A stretch of DNA of 30,399 nucleotides from a virus (lineage: Duplodnaviria; Caudoviricetes): positions 1 through 30,399 of the IMG/VR virus record IMGVR_UViG_3300017785_000664. One strand, 5' to 3'. The first letter of the stretch is position 1, and every line of letters begins with the position of its first letter. Positions 16,790 through 25,715 of this stretch are shown here, piece after piece. Under the pieces are notes generated by a model. The model did no database searches and had not been told where the DNA came from. It saw only the letters and a program-made list of their open reading frames with translations. Made by a program: the position numbers and the translations under genes.

Positions 16790-17956
16790 ATGGAGTTTAT
16801 ATTAACTACTGCAATCAAGAAGTTATTACGTTTAAAGCAACGTATTAAGGTCGTACGAGGTGGTACATCAGCTGGTAAAACATTTGGAATACTTCCTTTG
16901 CTTATTGACAAAGCAATTAAAGAACCTTATTTAGAAATTAGTGTTGTATCAGAATCAATACCACATTTACGTAGAGGTGCTTTAAAAGACTTCTTAAAGA
17001 TTATAATGGCACTTGGTAGATATACAGATGCTAACTTTAATAAAAGCACTTTAAAATACACGTTTGCAAATGGTAGTTATATTGAATTCTTTTCTGTAGA
17101 CCAACCTGATAAATTACGTGGTGCAAGAAGGAATATCTTATATGTAAACGAATGTAACAATATAGACTTTGATTCATATTATCAAATGGCTATTAGAACT
17201 TCAGGAGATATATGGTTAGATTATAATCCAGCATCTACTTTCTGGGTTGATAGAGAAATACTAACACAAGATAATGTAGACTTTATTACATTAACGTATT
17301 TAGATAATGAAGCTTTATCAGATACTATTGTAAAAGAAATAGAATCAGCAAAGGTTAAAGCATTAACATCTACATATTGGGCGAATTGGTGGCAAGTATA
17401 TGGACTTGGACAAACAGGTTCATTAGAAGGAGTTTGTATAACTGATTGGAATGAAATAGATATGCCAACAGATGCTAGAATACTTTGTTATGGAATGGAC
17501 TTTGGATATAGTAACGACCCTACATCTTTAGTAGCAATGTATAAATATAACGATGCTTATATATTTGATGAATTGATTTACAAGAAAGGTTTATTGAATA
17601 GCGAAATATCTAATCTATTAAAAGCAAACGATGTAAACGATATAGTATATGCCGATAGTGCTGAACCAAAATCAATAGCAGAACTAAATACATACGGACA
17701 CAATATACTTCCAGTATCAAAAGGTAAAGATTCAATTATATATGGTATTAATTTAATGAATCAAAATAAGATATACGTTACGTCAAGAAGCAAGAACTTA
17801 ATTAATGAATTAAGAAACTATATATGGTTAACAGATAAAACGGGAGTTAAAATGAATAAACCAATAGATGCATATAACCACGCAATAGACGCTATGAGGT
17901 ACGCTATAATGAGCCAATTAGAGAACCCTAATAAAGGTAATTACTTTATCTATTAA
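16790..17956 (+). CDS. terL: Terminase large subunit (PBSX/SPP1-like)
   Basis: Walker A GGTSAGKT, Walker B LYVNE, DYNP, nuclease GMDFGY.NDP, DSAEP, NHAIDAMRY. Confidence 0.95.
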   Translation: MEFILTTAIKKLLRLKQRIKVVRGGTSAGKTFGILPLLIDKAIKEPYLEISVVSESIPHLRRGALKDFLKIIMALGRYTDANFNKSTLKYTFANGSYIEFFSVDQPDKLRGARRNILYVNECNNIDFDSYYQMAIRTSGDIWLDYNPASTFWVDREILTQDNVDFITLTYLDNEALSDTIVKEIESAKVKALTSTYWANWWQVYGLGQTGSLEGVCITDWNEIDMPTDARILCYGMDFGYSNDPTSLVAMYKYNDAYIFDELIYKKGLLNSEISNLLKANDVNDIVYADSAEPKSIAELNTYGHNILPVSKGKDSIIYGINLMNQNKIYVTSRSKNLINELRNYIWLTDKTGVKMNKPIDAYNHAIDAMRYAIMSQLENPNKGNYFIY

Positions 17957-17959
17957 TTG

Positions 17960-17967
17960 TATATTTG
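17960..17967 (+). promoter_or_regulatory. -7 element TATATTTG
   Basis: Consensus match ending 13 nt before ATG 17981. Confidence 0.55.
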
Positions 17968-17980
17968 TAAAAAAAACATT

Positions 17981-18103
17981 ATGTCAAGAACAATAAAAAA
18001 AGATAGATATAATAAAAAATCAAAATGGAATAAAGAATTAGCGTTTAAATGTAGATGTGAATATTGTTTAAATACAAAATATAAACTAAGAAAACAAAAT
18101 TAA
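17981..18103 (+). CDS. Very basic 40-aa peptide with CxCxxC (MSRTIKKDRYNKKSKWNKELAFKCRCEYCLNTKYKLRKQN)
   Basis: Translated by hand; has its own promoter-like element and an A-rich leader. Confidence 0.6.
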   Translation: MSRTIKKDRYNKKSKWNKELAFKCRCEYCLNTKYKLRKQN

Positions 18104-18105
18104 TT

Positions 18106-18255
18106 ATGACATACGGACAAATAATAGCTACAATACAATGTTACATACATCATATAAAAAATGTAGAAGTAATGATTAATCTACCAAGAAATGTAGGCGA
18201 AATTAAAAAGATGCAGCAAATGTATTTAATAGCTTCTGCTTATTTGAATAGTTAA
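18106..18255 (+). CDS. Hypothetical protein, 49 aa (MTYGQIIATIQCYIHHIKNVEV...)
   Basis: Translated by hand; starts 2 nt after the upstream stop. Confidence 0.65.
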   Translation: MTYGQIIATIQCYIHHIKNVEVMINLPRNVGEIKKMQQMYLIASAYLNS

Positions 18256-18300
18256 ATATTTGTTAATTGTATTTTATTTAAAATATAAGTATTATATTTG
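18251..18300 (+). promoter_or_regulatory. Early-type promoter: GTTAA-N6-GTTAA (18251-18266) plus TATATTTG (18293-18300)
   Basis: Exact motif at a 42-nt offset. Confidence 0.7.
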
Positions 18301-18324
18301 TATAACATTTAAAACAAAAACATT

Positions 18325-18465
18325 ATGACAGAAGAAGAATTAAAAAGTGAAGCATATAAAGCGTGGTTACATTATGAAGAACCATATCTTTATGAATCAG
18401 CATTTAAAGATGGTTTTATAAAAGGATATGAATTATATTTAAAATCAATAGAAGTTAAAGAATAA
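18325..18465 (+). CDS. Hypothetical protein, 46 aa (MTEEELKSEAYKAWLHYEEPYLYESAFKDGFIKGYELYLKSIEVKE)
   Basis: Stand-alone unit between a promoter and a terminator. Confidence 0.7.
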   Translation: MTEEELKSEAYKAWLHYEEPYLYESAFKDGFIKGYELYLKSIEVKE

Positions 18466-18491
18466 TATTATTTTGGTTAATAGTCGAAATT

Positions 18492-18519
18492 AGGTAGTCA
18501 GAGATGGCTACCTTTTTTT
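18492..18519 (+). terminator. Intrinsic terminator
   Basis: AGGTAGTCA-GAGA-TGGCTACCT followed by a T run. Confidence 0.9.
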
Positions 18520-18526
18520 GTTTAAT

Positions 18527-18549
18527 ACAATTATGACTTTATTTTATTA
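18527..18549 (+). promoter_or_regulatory. Late promoter ACAA-N13-TTATTA
   Basis: Immediately after a terminator, before the tail operon. Confidence 0.7.
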
Positions 18550-18565
18550 TTAATAAAAAATTTGT

Positions 18566-19243
18566 ATGAAGTTAGAAATTAACATACCAACTGAATTAAA
18601 CGAAATTAAGTTATCACAATATCAAAAGTTTTTATCTATTGCTAAAAATAATCCTGAAGGAGAATTCTTGCAACAAAAGATGGTTCAATTATTTTGTAAT
18701 ATAGATTTAAAAGATGTTGCTACAATTAAGTATTCTGAAGTTAACGATATAACTAATAGACTTGGTGCAATGTTTTCTAAAGAACATAAGTTAGTTCAAA
18801 CGTTTAAACTTGGTGGAGTTGAATTTGGATTCATTCCTAATTTAGAAGAAATATCATTTGGAGAATATACAGATTTAGATACATACATAGGAGATTGGGA
18901 TAATATGCACAAAGCAATAGCTGTGTTATATAGACCAATCGACCAGAAGTTTAAACATACATATTCAATAGAAAAATATAATGGTTCAATAACATATTCC
19001 GATGTTATGAAACACGCTCCTTTAGATGCTGTTCTAGGTGCTACTATTTTTTTTTACAATTTAGGCAACGAATTGTTGAAAAGTACACTGACTTATTTGG
19101 AGAACAACAAGGAGATGCAGACTATTCTGCAACAGCGCAGTTCGGACAAAGATGGGGATGGTATAGTTCAATCTATGCTATTGCTCAAGGAGACATTACA
19201 AGGTTTGATAGAATCACCGAGTTACCGATTAACCAATGTTTAA
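18566..19243 (+). CDS. Probable tail assembly chaperone, zero-frame product (225 aa)
   Basis: GFIPNLEEISFGEYTDLD, AVLYRP motifs; contains the T9 slippery run. Confidence 0.7.
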   Translation: MKLEINIPTELNEIKLSQYQKFLSIAKNNPEGEFLQQKMVQLFCNIDLKDVATIKYSEVNDITNRLGAMFSKEHKLVQTFKLGGVEFGFIPNLEEISFGEYTDLDTYIGDWDNMHKAIAVLYRPIDQKFKHTYSIEKYNGSITYSDVMKHAPLDAVLGATIFFYNLGNELLKSTLTYLENNKEMQTILQQRSSDKDGDGIVQSMLLLKETLQGLIESPSYRLTNV

Positions 19244-19305
19244 CATATCTAACATTTGAAAAGCAAAAGAATCAAATAGAATCAGACTTAATTAAAAAAA
19301 GATAA
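19048..19305 (+). CDS. -1 frameshift extension of the chaperone (LQFRQRIVEKYTDLF...WGWYSSIYAIAQGDITRFDRITELPINQCLTYLTFEKQKNQIESDLIKKR)
   Basis: T TTT TTT heptamer at 19048-19054; 83 open codons with no in-frame ATG; TAA 19303-19305 overlaps the next ATG. Confidence 0.8.
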   Translation, partial: FFLQFRQRIVEKYTDLFGEQQGDADYSATAQFGQRWGWYSSIYAIAQGDITRFDRITELPINQCLTYLTFEKQKNQIESDLIKKR

Positions 19306-19760
19306 TGAGTACATTTTACGAAATAACACAAGCAATTAAAAACAAACTACAAGAAGATTTGTTTGTCAATACAGTTACAACTGGAGATATATTTAAAGTT
19401 GATTTAAACAAACTAACTATATTTCCTTTAAGTCATATAATAGTTAATTCAGTATCGTATCAAGGTGCTGTATTGAATTATAATATATCTATATTGTGTA
19501 TGGACATCGTAGATGAATCAAAAGAAAAGGTAACAGATATATTCTTGGGTAATGATAACGAACAAGACGTATTGAATACACAACTATCGGTAGCAAATAG
19601 ATTCTTGGAAATATTAAGTAGAGGAGATTTAGCTGATGATTATGAATTGGTAAACAATAGTGCAAACATTGAATTCTTTACAGAACGATTTGAAAATAAA
19701 ATAGCAGGAGTTACATTTACATTTGATATGTCTATTGAAAACAAAATGACAAAATGCTAA
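19305..19760 (+). CDS. Probable tail terminator/completion protein
   Basis: 151 aa acidic protein; FPLSHI, F.ERFEN..AG motifs; position. Confidence 0.6.
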   Translation: MSTFYEITQAIKNKLQEDLFVNTVTTGDIFKVDLNKLTIFPLSHIIVNSVSYQGAVLNYNISILCMDIVDESKEKVTDIFLGNDNEQDVLNTQLSVANRFLEILSRGDLADDYELVNNSANIEFFTERFENKIAGVTFTFDMSIENKMTKC

Positions 19761-20269
19761 CGGATAACATTAATACATATAAAAGTTTACAAGCATTCAG
19801 AGATTATGTAGTTTTAAAAGCTAAATACAATCTTGCTGCTAAAAATTCAAGTGGTGCTTTATCAAAAGAATTAGATAACTCTTATGTTAAAGTTACAAAG
19901 AATGGATTTGAAATGGCTTTTACTATGCCAGTATATGGAATGTTTCAAGATAAAGGAGTATCAGGAAAGAAAACTGTTTATGCTACTCCTTATTCATTTA
20001 AGAATAAAATGCCTCCAACAAAAGCATTAGATAAATGGGTTGTTAAAAAAGGAATTGCACCACGAGGAAAAGACGGAAAGTTTTTGTCAAGAGAAGGATT
20101 AAAGTTTGCTATTGCAAGAAATATATTTCTATACGGAATTAAACCAAGTTTATTTTTTACAAAACCTTTCAATGAAGGATACGAAAAATATATCAACCAA
20201 GAATTAGAAAAGTCTTTTGCTTTAGATGTTGAAGAATTATTAAAATATACATTAAAAGATATAAAATGA
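19754..20269 (+). CDS. Probable neck/tail completion protein (HK97 gp10-like)
   Basis: Basic; SGAL, YG.FQDKGV, FAIAR.I...GIKPSLFF. Confidence 0.6.
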   Translation: MLTDNINTYKSLQAFRDYVVLKAKYNLAAKNSSGALSKELDNSYVKVTKNGFEMAFTMPVYGMFQDKGVSGKKTVYATPYSFKNKMPPTKALDKWVVKKGIAPRGKDGKFLSREGLKFAIARNIFLYGIKPSLFFTKPFNEGYEKYINQELEKSFALDVEELLKYTLKDIK

Positions 20270-21345
20270 AATTAATATTTACAAGAAGTCCATATTTTAT
20301 AAGTGTAAATGAAGCAGGGCAAACAGGAGCGAAAATAAAACTATATATTTGGAATGAAGGAACTGCTGTACCTACAACTCCAACTTATATATTATCAAAG
20401 AATATTCCAAGTGCAACACAAACAAATTTAAGCTTTAATATATCAAACTATGTTAGAGAATTTATAGATAATATTGCGCCATTAGTTCCTGAACCTATTG
20501 CAGTTGAAGAAAACAAAGCTTGGTGTTTCGTTAAAGTAGAACGTTTTAAAACAGTTTCTACAGTTGATACGTTATTAGATACAATTACATACACTAGCAC
20601 AAATGGTTACACTAAATATTTAGACGGATATAACGAAAGTATTGAAAGTGCAATTATACCATTAACAAATGATTTACAAACAATTTACTACAATCGTGAT
20701 GCTGGTAATATACCATATATAAATCTTTTATTTTTAAATCCTACAGGAGCAGAAGCAATAGATATTAGATGGATTCAATTAAACTCCAATACAGTTATTG
20801 ATACAACAGGATATGGAGATGTTGGTAATTTTAATTATGCAATAGCACTAGCAAACGAGGGTGTTGCTTATGATAATGGAAATAGATTAAGAATTATAAA
20901 TGATGTAACTTCTGGTATATTAGCAACTTATAAAGTAATTCCTTTATGTGAACCTAAATACACTTCTGTTTTTTGTTCGTTTATAAATGCAAAAGGTGGA
21001 TGGCAGTTTTTAACGTTCTTTAAAGCGCAAACTAATAATATCAATGTAAAAGGTAGCACATATAAAATGATGCCTTCAGCGTTGAATTATAACATAGCAC
21101 AAGGGCAAACAAAATCGTTTAATATTAATGGTGGACAAACTGTTAAATTAAATACTGGATGGGTTGATGAAAACTATTCTGATATTATTACACAATTACT
21201 TTTATCAGAAACTATTTTATTGGATGGTAAACCTGTAGAAATTAAAACACAATCTTCAAGTTTAAAAACATCTTTGCAAGATAAAATGATTAACTACGAA
21301 ATGGAATTTGAATACGCTTTCAATTTAATTAACGATGTAATATAA
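20266..21345 (+). CDS. Tail tip / distal tail protein
   Basis: RSPYFI N-terminus; FIN..GGW..L.F, LNTGWV, LLLSE motifs. Confidence 0.6.
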   Translation: MKLIFTRSPYFISVNEAGQTGAKIKLYIWNEGTAVPTTPTYILSKNIPSATQTNLSFNISNYVREFIDNIAPLVPEPIAVEENKAWCFVKVERFKTVSTVDTLLDTITYTSTNGYTKYLDGYNESIESAIIPLTNDLQTIYYNRDAGNIPYINLLFLNPTGAEAIDIRWIQLNSNTVIDTTGYGDVGNFNYAIALANEGVAYDNGNRLRIINDVTSGILATYKVIPLCEPKYTSVFCSFINAKGGWQFLTFFKAQTNNINVKGSTYKMMPSALNYNIAQGQTKSFNINGGQTVKLNTGWVDENYSDIITQLLLSETILLDGKPVEIKTQSSSLKTSLQDKMINYEMEFEYAFNLINDVI

Positions 21346-23708
21346 TGAATGTAGTTTCAATTTATATAACTGTAGATTCAATAGCTAAAAGGATTGAATT
21401 ATTTAACGATGAAAAGATATCTGTTACTTCTGCTTTGTCTAATGCTAATGATGTTGGAAAAGTATTTACAGATTATTCACAAAGCTTTACGGTACCAGCT
21501 TCAGACCATAACAATTCTATATTTAAACATTGGTATGAAAGTGAAGTTGATGGTGGATTTTTACACGGACAACGTTACAATGGATATATAGAAATAAATA
21601 CTGTATTATTTAAAGAAGGAAAATTTCAATTAGAAAAAGCCAACAAGAAAAACGGAAGGATTGAAAGTTATACTATTACTTTTTATGGTAATTTAACACA
21701 ATTAAAAGACCTATTTAAAGACGATAAATTAAATACTTTAGATTATAGCGTCTTAAATCACGCTTATACATCAGCACAAGTAATAACACGAATAAATACT
21801 CCTGGTTCGTATTCTGTTATGTACCCTTTAATTGGAACTGAAAAGAAATTCTATTATAAATCAGGAAGTTCAACTGAAGATATTAGTTTAACAACTGGAG
21901 CAATAAAATGGAATGGTTTATTTCCTGCTATTAAATTAGTTGATATAATGAATTTTATACAAACTAAATACGGAATTACTTTTACAGGTAGTTTTTTAAC
22001 TTTATTGCAATGGAAAAAATTGCGTTTATATTGCAAGAACGCGGAATTATTAAATGTTCCAACTGAACAACTTGGAATTAATTTCACAACTACTTCTGGA
22101 GCGGCATTTCCTGAAATGAATTTAGCTACGGACATTGTTACAACAAATAACGCGGCAATTCCTGGAAATTATAGTAATAGGTTTTTTTCTACACAATTAA
22201 AAATATTCCCAGCCGCTGGTTCAACAACAACAAAATATAGAATTTACGCATATAAAAACGGAATATTATTTAAAACATTTTCTGATTTAATAGGCACTGC
22301 AACATTAAGCATTGAAACATTAGTAGTTTACGCATCAAATAATGGCACAACATATTCTTTTAAAATAGATAGTGAAAACCCAATATCTTTTACATCTCAA
22401 TTAAGTTATAATAGATTTGGTTTAGCTACTGGCGCAAATTTTGACAATACTTCTTATGCTGCTGGAATAACTCAAACAACTGTAGCAAATATTCAAATTG
22501 CAAATTATATTCCTGATATTAGTGTTGTAGATTTTTTTAGTGGATTAGTTAAGATGTTTAATTTAATGATTATACCAAACACTCCGACCTCATTTGAATT
22601 AGTACCTTTGGAGTTATATTATAATGCAGGAAATATAAATGATGTAACGCAGTATATTCGTTCAGAAGAAGCAGATATAGAAAGACCAAAACTTTTTAAA
22701 TCAATTAGTTTTAAATATGAAAAATCTGCTAACATTTTAAATAACGCGTTTTATAGAACTTTCAATTTAGAATACGGAGATTTAGTTCTCGATAATGTGA
22801 ATATGAATGAAACCTCAAATTACGAAATCAAATTACCATTTGAAAATGTTTTATTTGAGCGTTCACAAACAGCAGGAACTTTGTATCCATTTGAAACAGC
22901 AACTTTTATTGATAAAGATTTAAAACCATATACTCCAAAACCTGTATTTATTTATGAAAATGGTACGGAATTAGTTACTGGAACAGGAAATAATATTTGG
23001 ATGACAACAGTGGCTGCAAATCAAGCTATTTCGAGTTATGTTAGATTCTCAAACGAATACACAACTGTTCCAACTGATTTAAACTATTTAATGAGTTCTA
23101 ACTTTGGAGAATATCAATCGCCTTGGTATGGAACAAACGCAAGTAACGGACTTTATGCAAGACACTATGAAAATTACATAGCCAATATTTATAATAAAAA
23201 AACTAGAATCATAAAAGTTAAAGCAGTATTTCCTGATAAATTATTAGGTTCAAATACTACGAATGGATTTGGCACAAAGTTAGGTTTAAAATTAAATGAT
23301 AGATTAATAATTCGTGATAAAAGATATATAATTAATTCATTTACAACTGATTTAACAACAGGTGAAACGGATTTAGAATTAATAAATGATTATCGTGGAG
23401 CAGATGCTGCATCAACAGTTGGTTATAAATTAAGTTCGTCTGACTCCATAAGAGTTGATAACACAACAAAAGAAATTGAATATACTATTTATAAAAATGA
23501 ATATGATAAATTCAATATATTACCTCAAACATCAGGAGGATTTGTTAAATATGTTTCTGCTTCAAATTTAGTTGACGACACAGCCTTACAGGTAATTATA
23601 GACCCGAATACAAGCGGAGTACAAAGAACAGGCACAATTAATTTACAATATTTTAAAAACGGAACTTCAGTATTAACAACTTATTTATTTGTACTACAAG
23701 ATGCTTAA
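21345..23708 (+). CDS. Large tail tip/hub protein
   Basis: 787 aa; FTDYSQSFTVPAS..N, FFSGLVKMFNL, YIINS motifs. Confidence 0.7.
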   Translation: MNVVSIYITVDSIAKRIELFNDEKISVTSALSNANDVGKVFTDYSQSFTVPASDHNNSIFKHWYESEVDGGFLHGQRYNGYIEINTVLFKEGKFQLEKANKKNGRIESYTITFYGNLTQLKDLFKDDKLNTLDYSVLNHAYTSAQVITRINTPGSYSVMYPLIGTEKKFYYKSGSSTEDISLTTGAIKWNGLFPAIKLVDIMNFIQTKYGITFTGSFLTLLQWKKLRLYCKNAELLNVPTEQLGINFTTTSGAAFPEMNLATDIVTTNNAAIPGNYSNRFFSTQLKIFPAAGSTTTKYRIYAYKNGILFKTFSDLIGTATLSIETLVVYASNNGTTYSFKIDSENPISFTSQLSYNRFGLATGANFDNTSYAAGITQTTVANIQIANYIPDISVVDFFSGLVKMFNLMIIPNTPTSFELVPLELYYNAGNINDVTQYIRSEEADIERPKLFKSISFKYEKSANILNNAFYRTFNLEYGDLVLDNVNMNETSNYEIKLPFENVLFERSQTAGTLYPFETATFIDKDLKPYTPKPVFIYENGTELVTGTGNNIWMTTVAANQAISSYVRFSNEYTTVPTDLNYLMSSNFGEYQSPWYGTNASNGLYARHYENYIANIYNKKTRIIKVKAVFPDKLLGSNTTNGFGTKLGLKLNDRLIIRDKRYIINSFTTDLTTGETDLELINDYRGADAASTVGYKLSSSDSIRVDNTTKEIEYTIYKNEYDKFNILPQTSGGFVKYVSASNLVDDTALQVIIDPNTSGVQRTGTINLQYFKNGTSVLTTYLFVLQDA

Positions 23709-23847
23709 ACACATATTAGATATGTTAGCTTTAGATGCACATTACAATCAAAGCGAAACAATAGAAATTGCAAAAGGAAAATATCAATTAATAACTACTT
23801 GGAAACAAGCAATAAATAAAATAATAAGAGAATGGAAAATAAGGTAG
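23701..23847 (+). CDS. Small protein upstream of the tape measure, 48 aa (MLKHILDMLALDAHYNQSETIEIAKGKYQL...)
   Basis: Overlaps both neighbours and fills the gap exactly. Confidence 0.7.
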   Translation: MLKHILDMLALDAHYNQSETIEIAKGKYQLITTWKQAINKIIREWKIR

Positions 23848-25685
23848 TTAATTTAGAAGTCAAAAGTAATTTAGATACACTTGTAAAAAGCGTAGACAAA
23901 TTAAATGATAGTTTTGATGATACTTCTAAAGAAATAAAAGGTATTCAACAATCTAGTAAATCAGCTGAAGCAGGAATTAAATCTATGTCAGATGGATTTA
24001 AAGGAATGGGATTAGCTATTAAAGCTGTTGGTATTGGATTAGTTATGGAAGCGTTTAATATGTTTAAGGATATATTAGGTAAGAATCAAAAAGTTGTTGA
24101 TGCTTTTAATACCGCTATTGGTGCTTTATCTATTGCGTTCAATGATTTAATAGGATTTGTTTTCGATAAATTTCCAATTGTAACTAAATTTTTTAAAGAT
24201 GTTTTTGAAAATCCAGGAGTATATGTAGAGAAATTAGGAACTTTAATTAAAGAAAATTTAATTGAAAGATTTAATTCGTTATTAGATACAGTTGGATATT
24301 TAGGTGGAGCATTAAAGAAACTATTTGAAGGAGACTTTTCGGGAGCATTAGAAGATGCTAAGAGTGCTGGAAAAGAAATGGTTGATGTTTATACTGGAGT
24401 TAATAATTCAGTCGATAGAGCAGGTAAATTCATAGGAGATGCAGCAAACGCTGTTGCTGATTATGCTTCTAAAACTATTTCAGCATCCGAAGCAAATATA
24501 AAGCTTCAAAATTCAGCGGCAATTGCAGCTGCACAACAAGCTAAACTAGTTGAACAATATGATAGACAGGCTGAAACGTTAAGGCAAACAAGAGATAATG
24601 ATTTGCTTTCTATTAAAGAAAGAACAGAAGCTAATGATAAATTAAAAGTTGTATTAGAAAAGCAAGAAGCAGCTATGCTTAAAGCGGCTAATTTACAAAA
24701 AGATGCAGCAGCAGCAACATATAATCTTAATAAAACAACTGAAAACAGAGTTGCTTTAATAAATGCCGAAGCAAATGTAGAAGGAGTTTTAGCACAAATT
24801 AAAGGTTTAAAAAGCGAACAACTTGCAAATGAAAATTCATTAACAAAAGAATCTAATGATTTATTACAAAGTCAAATAGATACTAAAAATGAATTAAATA
24901 TTAAATCAAAACAATTTGATGCGGACCAAGAATTATCTGAATTAAAAAAATTAGAAAAACAAAAACAAGTAATAGCATTACAACAAGAAATAGACCTTGC
25001 CGAATTAGAACGAAAAAGAAAATTATATAAAGATGGTACACAAGCAAGAGTAGATGCTGAAAATGAATTTTTAATTAAAAAGAAAGACACAGATAATGCT
25101 TTAATAACAAATAAAGCAGAAACTAGCAAAGCAGAAATAGCGCAAGACCAAGCAGTGGCTGATGCAAAAAAAGCAATTCAAGAAAGTGCTTTTAATAATA
25201 TATCAAGTGGAATTGGACTATTAAAAGGATTATTTGAAAAGAACAAAGGATTACAAAAAGCATTATTAATCGCTGAAAGCGCTGCTGGTATTGCAAAGAT
25301 AATTATAAATACAAAAGCTTCTAATGCTGCCGCAAGATTAAAATACGCATTACTTCCTGGAGGAGTTGCTTTAGCGACAGCTGAGGCAGCTATGAACAAC
25401 GTAAGTGCTGGAATTGGAATAGCTTCAACTATTGCTGCTACTGCAAAAGGATTAGCTGCATTCGGTGGTGGTGGTTCTCCCGGAGGAAGCGCTGTTGGTG
25501 GAGAAGGTGGTGGTAGCGCTGGAGCTGCCCCACAATTTAATGTAGTAGGAAATACAGGTGCAAATCAATTAGCACAAACTTTAAATCAAGAACAACCTCC
25601 AATTAAAACTTATGTAGTTGCTGGAGATGTAACTACTGGACAATCTTTAGATAGAAATATAATTACAAACGCGAGTTTGGGATAA
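23832..25685 (+). CDS. Tape measure protein
   Basis: 617 aa, Ala/Lys/Glu-rich helical protein with hydrophobic AVGIGLV patch, Gly-rich linker and C-terminal PIKTYVV..DVT..Q. Confidence 0.85.
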   Translation: MENKVVNLEVKSNLDTLVKSVDKLNDSFDDTSKEIKGIQQSSKSAEAGIKSMSDGFKGMGLAIKAVGIGLVMEAFNMFKDILGKNQKVVDAFNTAIGALSIAFNDLIGFVFDKFPIVTKFFKDVFENPGVYVEKLGTLIKENLIERFNSLLDTVGYLGGALKKLFEGDFSGALEDAKSAGKEMVDVYTGVNNSVDRAGKFIGDAANAVADYASKTISASEANIKLQNSAAIAAAQQAKLVEQYDRQAETLRQTRDNDLLSIKERTEANDKLKVVLEKQEAAMLKAANLQKDAAAATYNLNKTTENRVALINAEANVEGVLAQIKGLKSEQLANENSLTKESNDLLQSQIDTKNELNIKSKQFDADQELSELKKLEKQKQVIALQQEIDLAELERKRKLYKDGTQARVDAENEFLIKKKDTDNALITNKAETSKAEIAQDQAVADAKKAIQESAFNNISSGIGLLKGLFEKNKGLQKALLIAESAAGIAKIIINTKASNAAARLKYALLPGGVALATAEAAMNNVSAGIGIASTIAATAKGLAAFGGGGSPGGSAVGGEGGGSAGAAPQFNVVGNTGANQLAQTLNQEQPPIKTYVVAGDVTTGQSLDRNIITNASLG

Positions 25686-25708
25686 ACAAATTATTAAATA
25701 ATTTATTA
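25686..25708 (+). promoter_or_regulatory. Late promoter ACAA-N13-TTATTA
   Basis: Occupies most of the 30-nt gap before the protease gene. Confidence 0.7.
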
Positions 25709-25715
25709 TAAAAAT

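Noticed and set aside
25463-25530. GGT/GGA-rich, locally GC-rich stretch as a repeat or foreign insert
   Set aside because: It encodes the Gly-rich linker near the tape measure C-terminus
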